Below, one piece after another: positions 57,959-59,654 of a DNA stretch of 59,654 nt (position 1 is its first letter; every line of letters starts with the position of its first letter). This stretch comes from an uncultured Candidatus Saccharibacteria bacterium (GTDB lineage Bacteria > Patescibacteriota > Minisyncoccia > Phycocordibacterales > UBA5272), in NCBI GenBank assembly GCA_964510805.1, contig CAZEDG010000004.1, forward strand, positions 1 through 59,654. Direction: 5' to 3'. The translations under genes were made by a program, and so were the position numbers. The notes below the pieces were generated by a model that saw nothing but the letters and a program-made list of their open reading frames with translations, was not told where the DNA came from and did no database searches.

Positions 57959-59654
57959 ATGCAGATTTCCTTTAAACGAATCCGACGTTCATTGTCTATA
58001 TTTGTGTCTGTATTTTTAATACAGTCCCTTTCGTTTTCAACAGCTTATTCAGCTGTTATTGGAACTGACTTTCTTTCTCCTTCTTTCGGTAAGAAAAATG
58101 AGATCTTTTCTCATTTTGATATCAAGAATCTTTTTATTTTTAGGAATGATAAGCTTAATACTAAAAATATAAGCGTACTTCCTCTTTTTTCTTCTACGTT
58201 ATTGAGTTCTGGTAACTCTACTTTTGTTAACATTGATGTGCTTGGCGCTCCTTCAAGAGAGGTGAGTGTTGCCGGGGTATATATTGCTCCACCTATACTT
58301 CTTTCTTTGGTAAAAATTATTTCACAGCATAATTCAGTTCCTTTCAGTGATTCAAATAATTTTGTTATAACACCAAAAAACCTTGTTCATTTTTATAGTG
58401 TTAATACTACACAAAAAACCTTCGCAGATACAAAAATCGATAACGAAAAAAACATAGAAGGAAGCATTATTTCTTCTCAAGCGTTTGATAAAATATCCTT
58501 AAATTTCTACTGTTTTTCAGCATCCCTCTTTTACGCTTTAGATAAAGCAAAGTGTGTTTATGGTTCTGACTTTGCACCAAAAGTAACTTCAGAAGACGTC
58601 GCTTCTTCTTCAGAAATTTCAAAAAATAATTCAGGTATTTTTGGAGTAAATAATTATTACTACTCAACAAGTACGGTAACTTACGTAACTCGCTTCATTA
58701 CTGTTCCTGGATCTAATGGTAAGGATGGTAAGGACGGTAAAGATGGGCGAGACGGTAAGGACGGGTCGACCGGCGCTTCGTTCTTTTCTGTGGTTAATTC
58801 TGGTACAGGATCTACTGGTCAGTTTTCTGGTCCTCTTAACAATATCTCAATCTCAAGCTCTACTTTTAATGGTCAAAGTGTGTTTAGTGGAGACGTTATT
58901 TTTGCTGGCAATATTACTGCAACAGGAACTTCGCAGTTAGCAACAACAACAATAACAGCACTTCACCTTCTAGGGCCTGTCTATGATGTGACAAGTTCTT
59001 CTGGACTGTCGGGCCAAGTACTTGTTTCTAATGGGACTTCAACTTATTGGGCTAATGCAACAGGTACGATAATAGGTGGATCGGCGACAGGGTCAACTTT
59101 GTATTGGAATGGTAATACATGGATTGAAAATAATGGTTTTTTTGTAGACGGTGTAGGTAATGCAACTTCAACAGGGAACCTGGCAGTTCTTGGTAGTTTA
59201 ACTATTTCAACATCAACCATAAATGATCTTTATGTGGCCAGCTCTACCATGGGTAGTTCGGTAATAGGTAATTTAGTGGTTAATAATTCAACCACGACTA
59301 GTGCCTTTGTTTCTAATTTAGAGGCTTCAAATGCCACAGCAACCTCATTTTTTGCATCCTCTGGGACTATTTCTAGTCTTAGTAGTGATTTTTTGAATGC
59401 ACAAAACGCTATATTTACAAATAGTACGAGCACTAACGGTTTCTTTAATTCTCTTATAGCTACTCTTTTGCAAGCTATTGATGCTATCTTTACTAACCTT
59501 ACAGCAACTAATGCAACCTTAACTAACGCTACTTCAACCAACTTCTTCTCAACTACAGGTACAATCACCAACTTCTTCTCTACCTTAGCTACCATCTCTG
59601 ACCTTATCGTCACTAACTCAACTACTACTAATGCTGTAGTAACTAACTTAACTG
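57959..59654 (+). CDS. Secreted repetitive surface protein with a collagen-like GKDGKDGKDGRDGKDG segment and long Thr/Asn/Ser-rich NATxTN repeats. It is 3'-truncated by the window edge and is absent from the ORF track because it has no stop codon.
   Basis: Manual translation from the ATG at 57959. Signal peptide MQISFKRIRRSLSIFVSVFLIQSLSFSTAYSA. The frame stays open to the end of the window. Confidence 0.6.
   Translation, partial: MQISFKRIRRSLSIFVSVFLIQSLSFSTAYSAVIGTDFLSPSFGKKNEIFSHFDIKNLFIFRNDKLNTKNISVLPLFSSTLLSSGNSTFVNIDVLGAPSREVSVAGVYIAPPILLSLVKIISQHNSVPFSDSNNFVITPKNLVHFYSVNTTQKTFADTKIDNEKNIEGSIISSQAFDKISLNFYCFSASLFYALDKAKCVYGSDFAPKVTSEDVASSSEISKNNSGIFGVNNYYYSTSTVTYVTRFITVPGSNGKDGKDGKDGRDGKDGSTGASFFSVVNSGTGSTGQFSGPLNNISISSSTFNGQSVFSGDVIFAGNITATGTSQLATTTITALHLLGPVYDVTSSSGLSGQVLVSNGTSTYWANATGTIIGGSATGSTLYWNGNTWIENNGFFVDGVGNATSTGNLAVLGSLTISTSTINDLYVASSTMGSSVIGNLVVNNSTTTSAFVSNLEASNATATSFFASSGTISSLSSDFLNAQNAIFTNSTSTNGFFNSLIATLLQAIDAIFTNLTATNATLTNATSTNFFSTTGTITNFFSTLATISDLIVTNSTTTNAVVTNLT

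Noticed and set aside
58716-58770. The short-period DNA repeat ggtaaggatggtaaggacggtaaagatgggcgagacggtaaggacggg looked superficially CRISPR- or satellite-like.
   Set aside because: It has a 9-nt period and sits in frame within an ORF, encoding collagen-like GKD triplets. It is a coding tandem repeat, not a CRISPR array: there are no approximately 30-bp unique spacers.

Overview
The window reads as a low-GC, small-genome bacterium (Patescibacteria/CPR-like gene content) with short intergenic regions and AAGGAGG-type ribosome-binding sites. Three blocks can be distinguished.

Core housekeeping genes occupy roughly 24.7-57.3 kb and the first 2.1 kb: clpB (5' truncated), rnhB, a HIT protein, leuS, a sigma-region-4/HARE-HTH protein, mltG, a DEDDh exonuclease, uvrA, a short uvrC, nrdA, nrdB, a Ddl-like protein, a MutY-like glycosylase, a pseudouridine synthase, an MFS transporter, RNase J, a family-5 substrate-binding protein, secG and dnaE.

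An accessory, compositionally mosaic block at about 3.4-13.3 kb is anchored on a class-II tRNA-Tyr(GTA) at 3777-3863. Immediately downstream lie about 1.4 kb of non-coding DNA carrying copies of the tRNA 3' end and a two-copy tandem repeat (590-bp period, 332-bp identical core) dense in hairpins. Each copy ends in a consensus sigma70 promoter driving a roughly 60-90-nt terminated transcript. Next comes a small gene behind a perfect 16-bp-arm palindromic operator. This is followed by a very low-GC four-gene operon encoding a 702-aa protein with six tandem ~70-aa HTH-like repeats and a C-terminal PD-(D/E)XK nuclease motif, a coiled-coil protein, and a class-I SAM-methyltransferase-like protein. 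The block ends in a single flotillin/SPFH-family gene whose coding sequence is conspicuously GC-rich (about 60% by eye against 30-45% in the flanks) and uses GC-ending codons.

A putative NrtR regulon for NAD salvage spans 13.4-23.6 kb, somewhat GC-elevated over flanking genes. It comprises a Nudix-wHTH NrtR-like regulator, pncA, nadE, pncB and a nadM-Nudix fusion, with recurrent TTAGTGTA...TACACTAA palindromes upstream of two of its operons. Interleaved with these are a PP2C phosphatase, a protein-kinase-like protein and a vWA protein.

Two families of long palindromic, terminator-containing intergenic repeats recur across the window. A roughly 700-bp extremely AT-rich region separates dnaE from a signal-peptide-bearing collagen-like (GKDGKDG) surface protein that runs off the 3' end.

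The candidates I would rank highest for novelty are the tRNA-linked repeat/nuclease operon island and the kinase/phosphatase/vWA-decorated NAD-salvage cluster.
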